From the NCBI GenBank assembly GCA_951406725.2, contig OX597815.1:170190001-170254000 (forward strand): 64,000 nucleotides of DNA. Direction: 5' to 3'. Made by a program: the position numbers and the translations under genes. Positions 13,521-28,191 of this stretch are shown here, piece after piece. The notes beneath the pieces were generated by a model, which saw only the letters and a program-made list of their open reading frames with translations, made no database searches and was not told the origin of the DNA. Each line of letters opens with the position of its first letter. The first letter of the stretch is position 1. This stretch comes from Octopus vulgaris (lineage: Eukaryota).

Positions 13521-13906
13521 AAGTAAATAAATGGCACAACGAAGCACCGATATTTACTGGAAAATAGCGAACGTAATAAATACGACGCTAATGTATAGCT
13601 TCACTACGTATGTACTCTCGTATTGCATTACTATTTTCATATATATATATATATATATATATATTTCTTTACTACCCACAAGGGGCTAAACATAGAAGAG
13701 ACAAACAAGGACAGACATATATATACATACACATATTAAGCATTATTGTTAAAAAAATGCTGAATTTCGTTGCCAGATTTCATTCGCATGTGTGTACGCG
13801 CGCGCGTGTTATATAGACAGGCGGAGAGAGATAACCATTTGTTTTACGTACAGTAACACATGAAAACAATCAAATATTGAGTATCAATGTATTTCAGTAA
13901 CGTTAT

Positions 13907-13947
<41 letters not shown>

Positions 13948-13948
13948 G

Positions 13949-13989
<41 letters not shown>

Positions 13990-13991
<2 letters not shown>

Positions 13992-14137
13992 CTGGTAAGA
14001 AGGTTACTTACCAACGATACGGTTCCGGGTAAGGTCCGAGTGTGTGAAACCTTCTGCAAGTGTCTTCTACTGTAGCCTCAGTCCGACCAAAGCCTTTTGA
14101 GTGGATTTGGTAGACAGAAACTGAAAGAAGCCCATCT

Positions 14138-14174
<37 letters not shown>

Positions 14175-14310
14175 TTCCTCCCTCAGCACTTGACACCCTA
14201 TTTTGATGATTTTACGTTCCTGTAATGTAGCACATCGTCAAAAGAGAACGAGGGAATAACTAGCATGGGCGCAGTCAAACGACTGAAACAAGTAAAAGAA
14301 TAAATGAATA
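13990..14310 (+). mobile_element. SINE family B (CORE-like, internal microsatellite), diverged
   Basis: Matches 52435-52840: CAAGTGTCTTCTACTGTAGCCTC..GGATTTGGTAGACAGAAACTGAAAGAAGCCC..GACTGAAACAAGTAAAAG. Confidence 0.75.
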
Positions 14311-14324
14311 TATATATATATACA

Positions 14325-14770
14325 TTCTTTTCTCTTATTTGTTTGAATAATTTGGTTGTGGCCATGCTGTAGCACCACCTTTATTCGAAGAAATTGACCT
14401 CAAGGCTTATTTTTTGTAAGCTTAGTACTTATCGTATCGGACACTTTTGCCGAACGCTAATTTACGGGAAAGTATAGACACCATCATCAGGGTGACAAAC
14501 GCAGATACACAGATATACAGTTACACACACGCACACAGACACAGACACAGACACACAGACACACACAGACACACACAGACACAGACACACACACACATTT
14601 ATATATACATATATACGGTGGGCTTCTTTCAGTTTCTGTCAACAAAATCCACTGACAAGGATTTGATCGGCCCGAGGCTATAGTAGAAGACACTTGCCCA
14701 AGATGCCACGCAGTGGGAATGAATACGGAACCATGTGGTTGAGAGGCTGGCTTCTTACCATCCAGCCGCC
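14325..14770 (-). mobile_element. SINE family B
   Basis: Reverse complement match to 52435-52840; tail-to-tail with the preceding copy. Confidence 0.75.
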
Positions 14771-15116
14771 GAGGAAAACATGATAATTTGTTTGGTGGTT
14801 CAAAAATACACCTGAATCTCAAAACGACTGTATGTTTTTAAATTTCGTAATAGATTTATTCAAATACCAAAGCGATTTCGACAACTTTTTGCTTATAAAT
14901 GGTCAAAGTAAATAAATAAAAGGGTTACAAGGTAAAATTTGGGAAAAATGTTCAATTGCCCACAGAAACGGCAATGAATTTCTCTGGGATAAATAGTGAT
15001 ATCAGTGTAAATGTTTGATGACTGTATGAAGTATATATATATATATATACACACAAATACACACGTATATATAAATATGCATGTTTATCCATTCGCTCAT
15101 TTGTATATTTGCATAT

Positions 15117-15162
<46 letters not shown>

Positions 15163-15201
15163 GTCTCTCTCTCTCTCTTTGTATATATATGTATATGTAT
15201 G

Positions 15202-15288
<87 letters not shown>

Positions 15289-16239
15289 ATATATATAATA
15301 TATATCAATGCTAACACATTTATAGTATAACTGTATTTCGAAATGCTGCTTTACGCTTGTATGAATCGCAATTAGGAGCAAAAATTACTTAATATTTTGA
15401 GGTAGAGAATAATACCAATACATATTCAACTTTAAGTTTGCATATGTTACACTTCAGTGATTTCTATACCAAAAATTGAACTATCTACTTCATTACGCCT
15501 CGTTCCATTTCACTCAATAATACATCATCACAATTTACATATAGCCATCAGTATGAAAATAATTAAATGAGAACAAGACTATCTATGCATTTCAGCGTTC
15601 AAATTGTTTAGCTAGTGACTGTGTTGGAACTGAAGCAGCTACATTGTGACAGAAACTTTTAGTATCGCACAAAGATGTCCAAATCTCTTAAAATCTTTTC
15701 TTTTCATAAGCTGTCAAAATTTCTATGAACTGGTCACTTGCGTAGTTCTACCGTAATTCAGAAACTTTGACACGACATGTTATAAATTCAAATTTTAATT
15801 GAAATTAACAGACTAGTATGTTATTAAATAAATCTTCTACAGTGTTATAGCAAGACATATCTTCTTGCATATAATTAAATACTGTTTTATGTTATGTGTT
15901 GTCTCTCGTTCGCAGCTATTTATCGCTAGAAAATCTTTTCGAGATGCTAACGCATATATAAATTGTGGGACTTAGAAAATATGCGTATTCATGGCTGCTC
16001 TGAAGGTAAATCAGACGGACTTGGGTTATAATATTGATTGTTCGTTTATTATTCATGATCAGTTTAAAATTTATTTTGTAACAAGGCCAAATTATGAAAT
16101 ACACATGTACACAAATGTACAATCACAGACACGCCGAATATATAAATACGCATTCAAATTGATATCGAAGTACACATACAGTGCATACAATCTATTACGT
16201 ATATATGAACGTTTGTAGTTATGCGTGCGTGTGTATCGT

Positions 16240-17310
16240 AGGTCTGGCTTAGTGGTTGGGGTATTCGACTCACGATCGCCATAAGTTCTATTCCTTGCGG
16301 ACGGTGTATCCTTGAGCAAGACTCTTTATTTCACGTTGCTCCAGTCCACCCAGCAAAAATGTGTTGTACATGAGGGTAACCAAAAGTAACTGGAAAGTTC
16401 CCTGTGGGAAAAACCCGTTGTAGTTCAGGCTTTTGCCACTAGAAGCCGCTTCATGCGACAGTCACTCACCAGTCTGCCAACCGGCGTCGTCGAGTGAAGG
16501 CGTTCTTCCACGTAGTGCGTCTTTGTTTTGTTGTAATTTTTTTTCCTACTGGCGAAAACGGCGGCTGAAACAGGTGTCATGCTTCAAACAGATTACAAAG
16601 ACGCTGCCATGAGCAAAACACAAGTTTACGAGTGATTTCCATGCTTTAGGAATGGCTACTTGTCGCTTGAAGACCAACCTCATTCAGAACGACCGTCGAC
16701 CTCCCAAACAAAGGAAAACATCATGAAAAAGAAGGAACTGATCTTAGAAGACCGTCACCGAGCAGTTGACTTATTTGTTGATGTGGCTTGTGCTCCCTGG
16801 TTCTCCTGCCAGCGAATTTTGAGCGAGGAATTGCGAATGAAAAGAGTTGCAGCAAAATATGTGCATTGCTTGCTCACGGAAGATCAAAAGCAGTCACGAC
16901 TGAATGCGCGTCGGGAACTGAAAGAATTGTTGGAAATTGATCCGGACCTCTTTTCCGAAGGTCAGCACTTGTGATAAAAGCTGGTGCTACGGAATTTGCA
17001 GATCTGGAAAAGGTGAAGAAAAAAACGACAGAGGCGTTGAAAGGCATTACTTCCCAAGAGTTCCAGCACTGCTTCGAATAGTGGAAAACGCTCCTGGACT
17101 AATGCTTTACTTTAAATAGAGGATACTTTGAAGGAAATAAAAGTGTAAACATGTAAAACTAAGCGAATAAAATATTACAAAATTCAAGTTGCTTTTAGGT
17201 ACCCCCTCATACATATAATTAAAAATGGCCAGCTTTCATATTCTGTGTCATGTTGAATCTCCCCTAGAATTATGTTAAAGATTTGCGTGTTCATAGAGTG
17301 CTCACCAATC
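16240..17310 (+). mobile_element. tRNA-derived SINE split by a mariner insertion (parts 16240-16368 and about 17212-17310)
   Basis: GGCTTAGTGGTT A-box, and TCCTTGAGCAAGAC..TTTATTTCACGTTGCTCCAG shared with the SINE at 37046; continuation after the mariner is inferred. Confidence 0.55.
16369..17211 (+). mobile_element. Internally deleted mariner transposon
   Basis: Imperfect TIRs TGAGGGTAACCAAAAGTAACTGGAA / TTCAAGTTGCTTTTAGGTACCCCCTCA. Transposase remnants MSKTQVYE, EDQPHSERPST, ILSEELRMKRVAAKYVHCLLTEDQK, TCDKSWCYG (TGDETW-like), and C-terminal FQHCFE..RGYFEG; most of the catalytic core is deleted. Confidence 0.85.
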
Positions 17311-17849
17311 TGCAAATACACTCACTCACACACAGTCACAGACACACACACATACACACAAACAAACAAACTAATACTCAAACACATATGTATACGACAG
17401 ATTCTTTCAGTTTCCGCTTGCTAAACCCATTCAGCAAGCTTTAATCGGCACTTGGCCATGGTGCCAAGCAATGCAACTGAACCTCGAATCCTGTGACTAG
17501 GAAGCAAACTTCTCACTGTAGAGCCACGCCAATGTGTTGTAATATAAATAACTTGTCTCGCTATTGAACTGAATTCTACTTGATTTATAACCTATGAAAC
17601 ATACTATTTGAATGTTGCTACTTAAACATGTACATACACTTACACACACATACAAACAGATACACTCCCCACACACACACATGCACATATATATATATCT
17701 TTTCTTTCTGTGTTTCTATGTTGCTGTTTAGATATCTTTTGACGTAATTGTAATGAAAATCAAGAGCGATAGACAAGCAAAGACGAATGTTTACATGTAT
17801 GTATGTGTATATATATATATATATATATTATATGGACGTACGTACGTAC

Positions 17850-18106
17850 GTAAGTATGTATGTATGTATGTATGTATGTATGTATGTATGTATGCATGCA
17901 TGTATGTATGTATGTATGTATGTATGTATGTATGTATGTATGTATGTATGTATGTATGTATGTATGTATGTATGCATGCATGTATGTATGTATGTATGTA
18001 TGTATGCATGTATGTATGCATGTATGTATGTATGCATGTATGTATGTATGTATGCATGTATGTATGTATGTATGTATGCATGTATGTATGTATGCATGTA
18101 TGCATG

Positions 18107-18137
<31 letters not shown>

Positions 18138-18200
18138 ATATGTAAGTATGTATGTATGTCTGTATGTTTGTATTTATGTATGTATGTATGTATGTATATG
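17850..18200. repeat. (TATG)n tetranucleotide array with TGCA variants
   Basis: Seen directly. Confidence 0.95.
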
Positions 18201-18483
18201 TGGCTGTGTGTCTGTAAGTGTGTAAAAATGAGTGAGTCGTGTGTAATACGAGCAAGTGTTTGGATACAATTAGCTACCATTGTATTCTTTCTTACTTTCT
18301 ATAATGCTTACATAAAGCGCTTTTTAGGTCATCCTGGTCTCAAAAACACTCTTCGTTGTGGAAGTTATCTAAAAAGTTGCACTGCGTATGTCGATAAGAC
18401 GGGTACCCAGATTGTCTGTGGTGGAGTTATCTTCTATTAAAGGAAGTAGAAGCTAAGGACACAAATACACACACACAGACAGA

Positions 18484-19340
18484 CGTAGGAGCGTCAAAAA
18501 TTATTCACGTGGTTTTGGGATTACGTAACCGGGGTTTAATATTGATTGTTCCACTTTTCTTTCTGAAGTTACAGAATACACATGGCCGCTCCACTGGTGG
18601 TGAGCGCCAACGAAAAACAGATATCAGTGATCCGATTTCTCTGCTCTGAAGGTGTCAGTGGTTGACATTCATTGCAGGTTTTCAGTATAATATGGGGGCA
18701 GCGCTTGACTGCGAAGAAGTGTCCAAGGAATAGAGCGAGAAATTTAAGAATTACATGACAAACGTGAAGAACGAAGATGAAGCAGAACGCCCGTCAACCT
18801 TCTCTACAAGACGCAAAGATTCAACAAGCGAGACAGATGGTTTTGCATCTAAAAGCTGCATTTTCGTAAAGCCCGTGTCAGATGGGTGCTAAAAGAGCTT
18901 ACCAAAGCGTCTAACACAAATTTGTCAACGCTTACGCGACTGCTGCAGCGATGTAGGTGAAGCTCTTTGGGGATGAATATTCACTGGAGAGGATACCTGG
19001 GTCCAACACTTTCAGCCAGAATCCAAAAAGCAGTGTATGGAGTGAAAACACCAGAAATCGTTAGAGAAATTCAAGACCCAACCTTCTGTAGAAAATATAG
19101 TGCTAATCGTTTTTGGGACTCATACCAGAACATTAACTAGGAGAGGTGTTTAGAGTCAATATTGTAGCCTACAGAGAAATGCTGGCCATTAAACAAACCA
19201 GCTGTTCGTATCAAATGCCGAGGTCTGTTACCAAAGCATATGGTATTGTTGTATGACAATGCACGCCCATTTAACGCCACCTTCACCGTTGAAACCATTA
19301 AAACTGGGTTTGTTATAGTTGGAACACGCTACATACAATC
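18484..19340 (+). mobile_element. Second, older mariner transposase remnant
   Basis: MAAPL..SVIRFLCSEG, ERPST, RWVLKELT (WVPxEL-like), IFTGEDTWVQHFQPESKKQCME, KFKTQPS, VLLYDNARP; many stops and frameshifts. Confidence 0.8.
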
Positions 19341-19680
19341 TACTCGTCATGCGTTCCGACGTCGAAAAGCAAAAGAAAAGTCGAAAACTAATGCAATTGT
19401 TCAACTCCTACATTTGTCTTGATAAATTAGAGAAACAGGAGTGCATTTTAGTTATGTACATATATAAATGCGTGCATATATATTGTGGGAGGGAGAGAAA
19501 CAAAGAGTGAACGAAGGATCGAAGATATGCGGATAATTATGATATATGTTGTGTGTGTAGGTTCGAGAGAGTGAAGACTGAAATGAGAAAGGTGAAAAAC
19601 AGTCAGAGGTTGGAGGCAATGTCAGCAATTATGAATCTATACTGTATCTCCAGAGCGGCTTCAGCGATAATCTACACACA

Positions 19681-19751
<71 letters not shown>

Positions 19752-20090
19752 TTGTGTGTGTCTACATTCTCCGAATTATTTTGCATGTGAAGTAAGAATA
19801 GTATGCAGTTCAATGTCAGTCTTTTCTGGGCAGTACATAACTTACATATTTTGCTGCCCTTTCAGTACAAAGGAGGGTCTTTCAAGAGATATTTATCTCA
19901 CAGTGACAATATTGCACATATTCAAAGTAAGGTCAACACAATGTAAATGTGTGATATCAAACCTGCATCAAATCTCTGACTTAATATATCAGTAACACTG
20001 CGGACATATAGACGACATGCTGACAATCTCCGTATCCTATTCAGGCGCCTATTCCTCTGTATATCTTTTATCTTGCTATCATTCCATGTT

Positions 20091-20122
<32 letters not shown>

Positions 20123-21071
20123 ACTGTCTGTCTATCTGTCTGTCTTTTTATCTAGCTATCTGTTGCTCTTGTTCTCATTTTCGTTTTCATTTCCTTCTTC
20201 CTTGACTGCGATAACCTAATCTGTGACTGCTATATATATATTCTACGCTAATTATTGAGGGAACAAATGTTCGATAAATTCACTAAAAGTGCTTCCGCTA
20301 CTAGATCCTTAATTGTACTTTCTTCCTCGTTAATTTTATTTATTTCCTTCGTTACATTACCACACTTTTCTCTAGATTTTCACGTAGTAATTATCTATCC
20401 ACGAACCAGAATTTATCTCTTAAATCATACTCATTTTTCTTTATAGAAAATTACATCTATTATATTTTACTCTCTTAAAACCCTTTCTTATAATGAAGCT
20501 TTTTCATTTAGCCCAAATAAACATTACAAGGAAAATTTTGGAAGAGTGGCTGAATAAAATGTCAAGTGAAAATATTTAAACTCCAAGTGAAAAGTAGTTT
20601 TATAACACACACACTCGCACTCACACACACAGACTCCCTCTCTCTCTCACACACACACACGCACACACACATATAGAATACATATACATGCGTCTATGAA
20701 AAGAACCATCACAAATTTATCTTTTCACCTGCAGTGATAAATACTCCAACTTGGACGTATTACTGTCAGTTTCTCCAAAGTGTAACACTTAGCGTGTTGA
20801 AGGGATATATTTTTCAATACATTATTACTCACTATTATAGCTTCATTTGCATTGGAAATGTCTTAAGAAAAAAAAAACATATTTTCAACTTACTTAATGT
20901 TTCAAACAAACCAAAAGCAAATATATATTTGCATACTCACACATATACGCACTCACAAACACAAGCACACACAAATATATACACACACACATATATATAT
21001 AAAGTAATCTTTCTCCGTGATATATTCATACATACAGATCGAGAAACATACAGCTTTCCCTAGCTATCTTC

Positions 21072-21131
<60 letters not shown>

Positions 21132-21401
21132 TATCTATCTATATATATATATATCTATCTCTATATTCTTTTACTTGTTGTTTCAGACAATAACACTGTA
21201 CAAACTCTATACTCGGAATGACCAATTTTAAATTCTATTGAAACTTATTCACAAGGGTTTGGAATATTATATGTATACCATTCTTCCTAAATATTGGATC
21301 TACAGATGCAATATCCCTGCATATCTCACGACTATTTTCATTCCTCGACTTCACTCTCTATTTCACACACAACCTTGGATTTTTATCAGATTCTGAAAAT
21401 T

Positions 21402-21447
<46 letters not shown>

Positions 21448-21450
<3 letters not shown>

Positions 21451-21645
21451 ATAATCAATACAAACAAGAACAAGCAAGAAAAAACAACAACACGAATACG
21501 TGGAACAAGTACTGTGTTATTGGACGCTCAGGAAAGGAAAGAAAAGAAAAGAAAGAGGATTTCACGTTTTGAGCTGAGCTCTTCATCAGAAATATAGAAA
21601 AAGTCCAAAGAAGGGAAGATGGAGAAAGAAATTCGCCAACGTAGG
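21448..21645 (-). mobile_element. Penelope-like terminal repeat (pLTR) remnant with hammerhead-like motif
   Basis: Minus strand CTGATGAAGAGCTCAGCTCAAAACGT; similar layout to 29176-29360; bordered by microsatellites. Confidence 0.5.
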
Positions 21646-23218
21646 TCATATATTAGCATATGCATATATAAAAAAAATGCAGAATGAGATAAAATCCGGT
21701 CATTGAATCATACACGCGGTCACACACACACACGCACACACACACACACATACACACACACGCGCACACACACACACACTCACACACGCTCACACGCACG
21801 CACGCACACACATATATGCATATATATACATATATTTATATGTATATACATACATACATACAAAAATGCATGTATAAATATGTATATATATATATATATA
21901 CGTGTGTGCGTCTGTGTGTGTAGATATATGTGTGCATGTGTGTATAAGTATGCGTGTGTATTTGTTTATTCCAATAATGGCATTTGAAGACCAGTTATGG
22001 TTGTTTTTTCGAAGTTGAAAATTGTATTTATTATGTCTCAAGAGTGGGATAGTGAGAGAATGAGAGGGTGGGTGTGAGATTTTATGCTGAAAATATTTAT
22101 GCATGTGTCGGCATCTTGCAAAGTAAAACGAATTGATGGCTTATGAAATCATAATATACTCTCTTAAATGAATTAAATATATATGCAAAAATCTTACAAT
22201 TGCAATGGACATAGCTTTTGAGTGTAGCAAAATGAAGTAGACCACTTTTTAATTATAATAGTCATAAAACATTTTGATTTTTAATTTTTTTTTTTTTTGC
22301 TCATATTAGGCCGGACATTTTTTGCTTGTCAATCTCATATAAGTAGACGAATGAGATGAAACGAAGGAATAAATAAATAAATAAAAGTATGATTAATTTA
22401 ACAGCATTGTTTTGGCTTCCTAATATGTTGAAATTCCATTGAAATAGTGCTTCGAAATGTCTTTGTTCTACTTAATAAACGTAGTACATTTTAACCATTG
22501 TTGAAATAATTTCTGTATATCAAAAAATACAATAGAATTGCTTTTCAATTATCATGCCGACAAAAATAAATCATTACAGAATGCTAGCCAGCCAGCCGAC
22601 CAGCCAGTTAGCCAGCAACATAGTGTCAGACCAAGTAAATAGACAACCACTGGTATTTCATATCTATGTCATTGGGAATTAGTGGAAAGATAAATAAAAC
22701 AGTATATCTATCCATACTGTTGAAGGACATGAACAGAAAAAATGAATTAAGACAAGAATGTAGGAGTGAAGCTCTCGATATGGTTTACACATGCGTCAAA
22801 ATTTTGCAAACTAAAGTGAAACACTTAATTTTTAACTAACATAAGGTAAAAAGAATATAAAGTAAGTCATAGCCACAGTCATTCTACATTTTGCAAATGT
22901 ACTTAATGTGCATTTCATTACCATTATATTAACTTGATGTGACCATGCCTGGGTACTGCTCTTATTGTAATAGCTAGTGTATTTCAGTTCATTTCCACAC
23001 CCATCTCTCTGTATTTTGTTCTCGTAGATCAGAAAGTTGGAGATAGCCACTTGTATATGCATTTCTTGTCTTGATGTGGATTCACCTGGTAACTCATAAA
23101 ATTTTGTCGAAGCGCTTTTTAAAAAATTAATTCTTCATCTATAACATGTAGAGTTCACAGGATTTTTAGCGGAGTATTGAACCGTAAGATCTTACAGATT
23201 TAGCTCCTTACTCTAGAT

Positions 23219-24027
23219 CAGAAGTTCCCAACCTGGTCCATGTGGACCACCTAGTGGTTCACAGGAAAATTCAGGTGGTCCACAGGAAAATTCAGATGGT
23301 TCGTGGAAAAGTTTCTGTGGTCCACCTGAAGAATTAAAAATTTTCCATACACGCACATGTCACGCAAACGAAATATGCCTCATCGCATATGCTTGAGCAC
23401 ATACGAGTGCACTCGTTGCCTATTGAACGATTAGCTATCCAATCATACACGGACGCGTACCAGACAGGTACAGACGCGTACAATCAGATCCACTTTTGCG
23501 CGCATTAAAAACACACAGAAAATTGCGTGTTCTCGGCCGGTCAAGGCGATCGTATTTTCTACCTGACTTTTGAATTGAGGATTACTAACGAAACCGCAGT
23601 TCTTACAGCTTACCCAACATATCGTATTATCTCTCCAGGTACATACATTTTTACGCAAGTGTTAGTCTAATTGTAATCTGTAGAAATTTTGCTGTCTGTG
23701 ATATGGAAAAACGCTCCCTTAATTCTCCGTCCACCGACTCGGAAAAAAGATTCTGTAGACGATATCACGAAGATTATATCAAATATGGTTTTGTATCCAG
23801 TGTAGAAGATCCTTTTTGACCACAGTGCATTATCTGCTCAAATGTATTAACTAACGACTCAATGAAACCCTCAAAATTGTTGTATCATCTACAAAAAATC
23901 CATCCTGGTTTATTTGGCAAGCCAAAGGAGTAATTCGAAGGACAATAAATTTAAAATATGAGGTGGTCCACAGGAAAAAATGACTTATTTTGGTGGTCCA
24001 CAGCGAAAAAGAAATTGGAAACCCCTG
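23219..24027 (+). mobile_element. Deleted hAT (Charlie/Buster-type) DNA transposon
   Basis: Perfect 8-bp TSD CTCTAGAT (23211-23218, 24028-24035). TIRs CAGAAGTTCCCAA / TTGGAAACCCCTG. Subterminal GTGGTCCAC repeats. BED-finger remnant RRYHEDYIKYGF..PQCIICSNVLTNDSMKPSKLLYHLQKIH. Confidence 0.9.
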
Positions 24028-26023
24028 CTCTAGATGGAGAGGGTGGGTCCTAGGTACTATACCACGGCGTTCAATTCGGGGATTGGTGTAGCTTTCAAAC
24101 TAAATCGTGAGTTTAGAACCACCGGAATTTTACACACACACGCACACGCACAAGCAAACACACACACACATGCACACACGCACATACACGTACGAAAACA
24201 AACATACATATACACACAAACACAGACTCAGACACATTCATAAAATTTGATTATAAATAATACTATAGCTAATGAAATCTTCAAGAATTATACTAAAAGA
24301 AGTACTTGTATCTTGGAAATTTTTTCACTATTCTTTAAGACTAAGTTAAAACATTCATGACAAAGTCCGGTATATTATCCATTCGGCCATATCAATTGCA
24401 ATGCCTGTCCGCTATTATATAGCATTTCAAAAAAGTGGTGCAACATGTACAGACGTTTGAAATTACAAACGCCGAAACAATTACTGTAAAACATTAGAAT
24501 GCACTGAAATATCTGTTAATAAGCTCGTAGATCATACATAATAATAAAACTATGAACAAATAATGCTTGAACTCGACGGTCAATGAAAAATCATGAAGTA
24601 AAATATGAGAATTATATCGATTTCAGTCTATGACCTGTGTTAGTAATATCAAATGGAAAGGGATATTTCACAACACCAGGCAGGATGAACAGTTTGCGAG
24701 TATATCAAATATCATGTATTATAAACGGCACTTAACTTCACTATTATTCCGTCGTAAAGTAATCTCTATGATAAAGCCATTCCAAAAGAAGGTAATCATA
24801 TACAATGCTTTTGACAGAGGAATTCTTTAAAAATTAATTGTACTATTTACTTGTAATATTAAGTATTGATATCAAAATTATCCCTATAAAATGAATATCT
24901 AGAAGTGTCTGATAAGCTATACCGCAGTCAGAGAACGTTGGCAATTTTTGCTATTAATTTTTGGCAGTATTTCACTTTGTATAAATTGGTGATACTCTTT
25001 AAAGAAATATAGATACTGTATTACATCCATAACAAGTTCCTAGTAGAAAATTAAATGAAACTTGTCTTCTTAGGTTCATACAAAACTGGAGTAATGCACA
25101 TAGCTTTTGAACTTATTTAAGAAATGCATATTTTAAAATAAAACATAAACTTATAGAAACTTCTCTTTGAGGTATCGACGCAAATTACATTTGATAATCG
25201 TATTACATGCCTTATATTTCTGAAAGCGCTCTGGATAAAACACTGTTAAAGCATTCTAAACCTCTTTCATCTTTCTTCCCCAGGAATTCATTAAATAATA
25301 TCTATATAACTGTTAGTTGACTCGACTGTATTATCTCGATTCTTTCAATACTCCAGCCTTTAATAAAGAGCTTGAAGTCTTAGAAAAAGATATACGTTTC
25401 AAATAATACAATATTAATCAACATTATTATTGAAAAAGGAAAAGAAAATTGACTGGAGGAAGTATGCAAAATATGTTCAGTCCTCAAGGTTTTTTAGTCA
25501 TATTTTTGGTCTGCTAAGTAAATTATAAGGTACTGTATCTTAATTTAATGAAATCGCAAAAGTGCAATGGAATAGAATACAAAGTATAACATATTTGTAC
25601 ATCAGTCTAGCGAATCTCAACTGGCATAGTAGTTAAGATGCCCGTCTACAAGTAAGTAATGAAGAGTTTGTTGCATGTTTCAAGTGAGACAAAGTGTTTA
25701 CATATCAACTGGTGACAGTTCATACTCTCTCGACAGTACTGTGTTGTGTTCAAGGCCAAATCGTTTAAATCTTTCCAAGAATTAGCTCACAGCTATACTT
25801 TACGTTAGTTCAACCGATATGAAACGTGGCATTTCATGAGTTCATTTTCACCCAGACAATGTTACAAAAGATCTGCAGTATTAAACCATAAACAAATGTT
25901 CTAAACCGTCACCGTCAGTATTGTCCTACGGGCATTCACTACGAAAGATTAATTAAAATATGTGTTAATTATTCTATGTTAATGAAAACTTAACAGCCGA
26001 AGAAATGAAAGCATTTTGTTTTA

Positions 26024-26578
26024 ATACACCAAAACAATCCATCACTGTGGCAATCCTTAACTCTTTTACTGTAAGAAAGTTTGATTTTTAAGCAGTAAAA
26101 TATTTATGAATTTGAAAATATCCACATTTTCTACACCATGTTTCTCAACGAAAATGTTTTGTACAAAACATACTGTTATGATTACATACATTATGGACCA
26201 CTACACTGTAAAATACTATTTTAATTAACATCGTTCTCTATGTGTGTTTTATGCAATAAACGTTTCTAATATTAATGTCTCTCTTTTACCATTACTCTAT
26301 CACAATGACTTCTGTTTTTCTAGATCTAAATGACTGAACATGAGTTCACCCATATATACATCGAAATTTTGTCACCTATTGTTAATTTATTTTGCATGCC
26401 TACAATTCCAAAGAGATGCATTTCTGATGAAGGTTTCCATCTCAAATAATCTTCCTATGAATTCTTCTTTCCAACATTGAACTGCATATTCAAATAGTAT
26501 ATTAGCTAATCATATATTTTAGTTTAATATTAAGGAAAGGTATAGCAGTTTTACTTTATTTTACATTAACTAATTATA
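26024..26578 (+). repeat. ~555-bp direct repeat, copy 1
   Basis: Nearly identical to 28192-28751. Confidence 0.92.
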
Positions 26579-26581
26579 ATA

Positions 26582-26850
26582 TGTTTCTTTATTAGCCACA
26601 CAGGGCTGCACACAGACGGGACAGATTACAAAGTAGAGCTTTTCTTGTTGGGGAGAAAAAAAAGTGGGGTAGGTTTTCGATCAAAAGGGATCGTAAAAGG
26701 GAAAGAAAAAAAAGGGGAAAGAAAAAAAAACGAAAAAGAAAAAAACGATCAATAGGGATCGTGTATCACAGAAATGTCATGATGTAAAGTGTAAAGGGGG
26801 AAGCAGATAAGGTTTATCCGTGGAAAGAAAAGCCTACGGAAAAGACCACG
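26582..26850 (-). mobile_element. 3' tail fragment of a probable LINE
   Basis: Minus strand is T-rich and ends GCAGCCCTGTGTGGCTAATAAAGAAAC (polyadenylation-signal-like); resembles the tail of the SINE A left monomer. Confidence 0.45.
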
Positions 26851-27060
26851 ATCGTTTCTGCTATAGGCACAAAGCCTGAAATCCTGGTACAGTGGGGTAA
26901 GACAATTACGTCGACATCAGTGCTCAACTAACACTTATTTTATCGACTTCGAAAGGAGGAAAACCAAAGTCAGCGTTTGTATTTGAACTCAGAACGTAAA
27001 GCCGAGAGAAATACCGCTAAGCACTTTGACCGACATGCTAACGATTCTCTCAGTTCACCA
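26851..27060 (-). mobile_element. SINE family A monomer, diverged
   Basis: Reverse complement match to family A. Confidence 0.65.
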
Positions 27061-28191
27061 ATGGAATTCATATATGTATATAAAAGATGAATGACAAAAT
27101 CAACCACATGATCCTATTTTATAACAACTTGGAAAAGGTTAATTGTGTTTTGGAAGTCACGCATTATATTGTCATTTACTTAGTAAGAAAGGAAGCTATT
27201 TGAAGAAATTCATGACCATATTTGAAATAAATTAACATTATTACACACTTTCTAAAAATGGGATCCAGTTTACTTTGATTGTTGACATTTTCTTTAGATA
27301 GCACGTACTATCTTTTGTATGTAATCTACACAATTAATACGGATGACTGAAAAAATGAATTTTATCATTTTCTTCGAGCTACTGTATGATGTATGCACAT
27401 ATATGAAAGCAAATAAGAACGGATTATCTCTTAAATTGTCAGGCTATAAATCATAAAGTAGCTGGCCTGGAAAACAATTATATAAAAGAATATTAGCATA
27501 TTCTTGTTATGTATTAAGATTTGAAGGATGAACTGTAGTATTTTACTACCTCTCAGCTTATTGGGAAATTTATACCTAAATCACTATTAAAATGAGATTT
27601 TATTGGAAGAAAAAAGCATAAAGAAAACTGAGTTACCGATGAAATTATTCTCGAGTTACTATTTACAGCACTTATTGATTGAAGTATTCTTTATTTTGCA
27701 AATTTTATGTTGAATATATTTTTATACATCCTTAAAGGCTATGGATGGAGAAGTGGCAAAGTGTCTTGCAGTATTTTATTACGTCCCTTTATATTCTGAT
27801 TTATAATCATACCATCCTATTAAATCGGCAGCAATTCCCAATTCCCAACTATATTTGCTTTATGCAGAACGTTGTAAATCAATAAATACTGGTAACGTGA
27901 TTTTTTTCCCGAAGATTAAACGAGGATTAATGTATATCGCTAATCTTCATTACTGACCGCTAATACAATATTCTAATGTCTTCAAACTTTTTCACAGTGC
28001 CATCAACGAATCCTTCGTATATTAGCAAATGAAACATTATAAAAGGAAATTGGCATTTATCTGCGATATTATGTATGTCCAAATGCGGATTGATACAGTT
28101 AATACCGACAGAACCCTACATTGCTGAACGATATTCCATAACACATTCGTAAGATTATCATCTTAATACTTTAACAATTCAATTTAGATAT

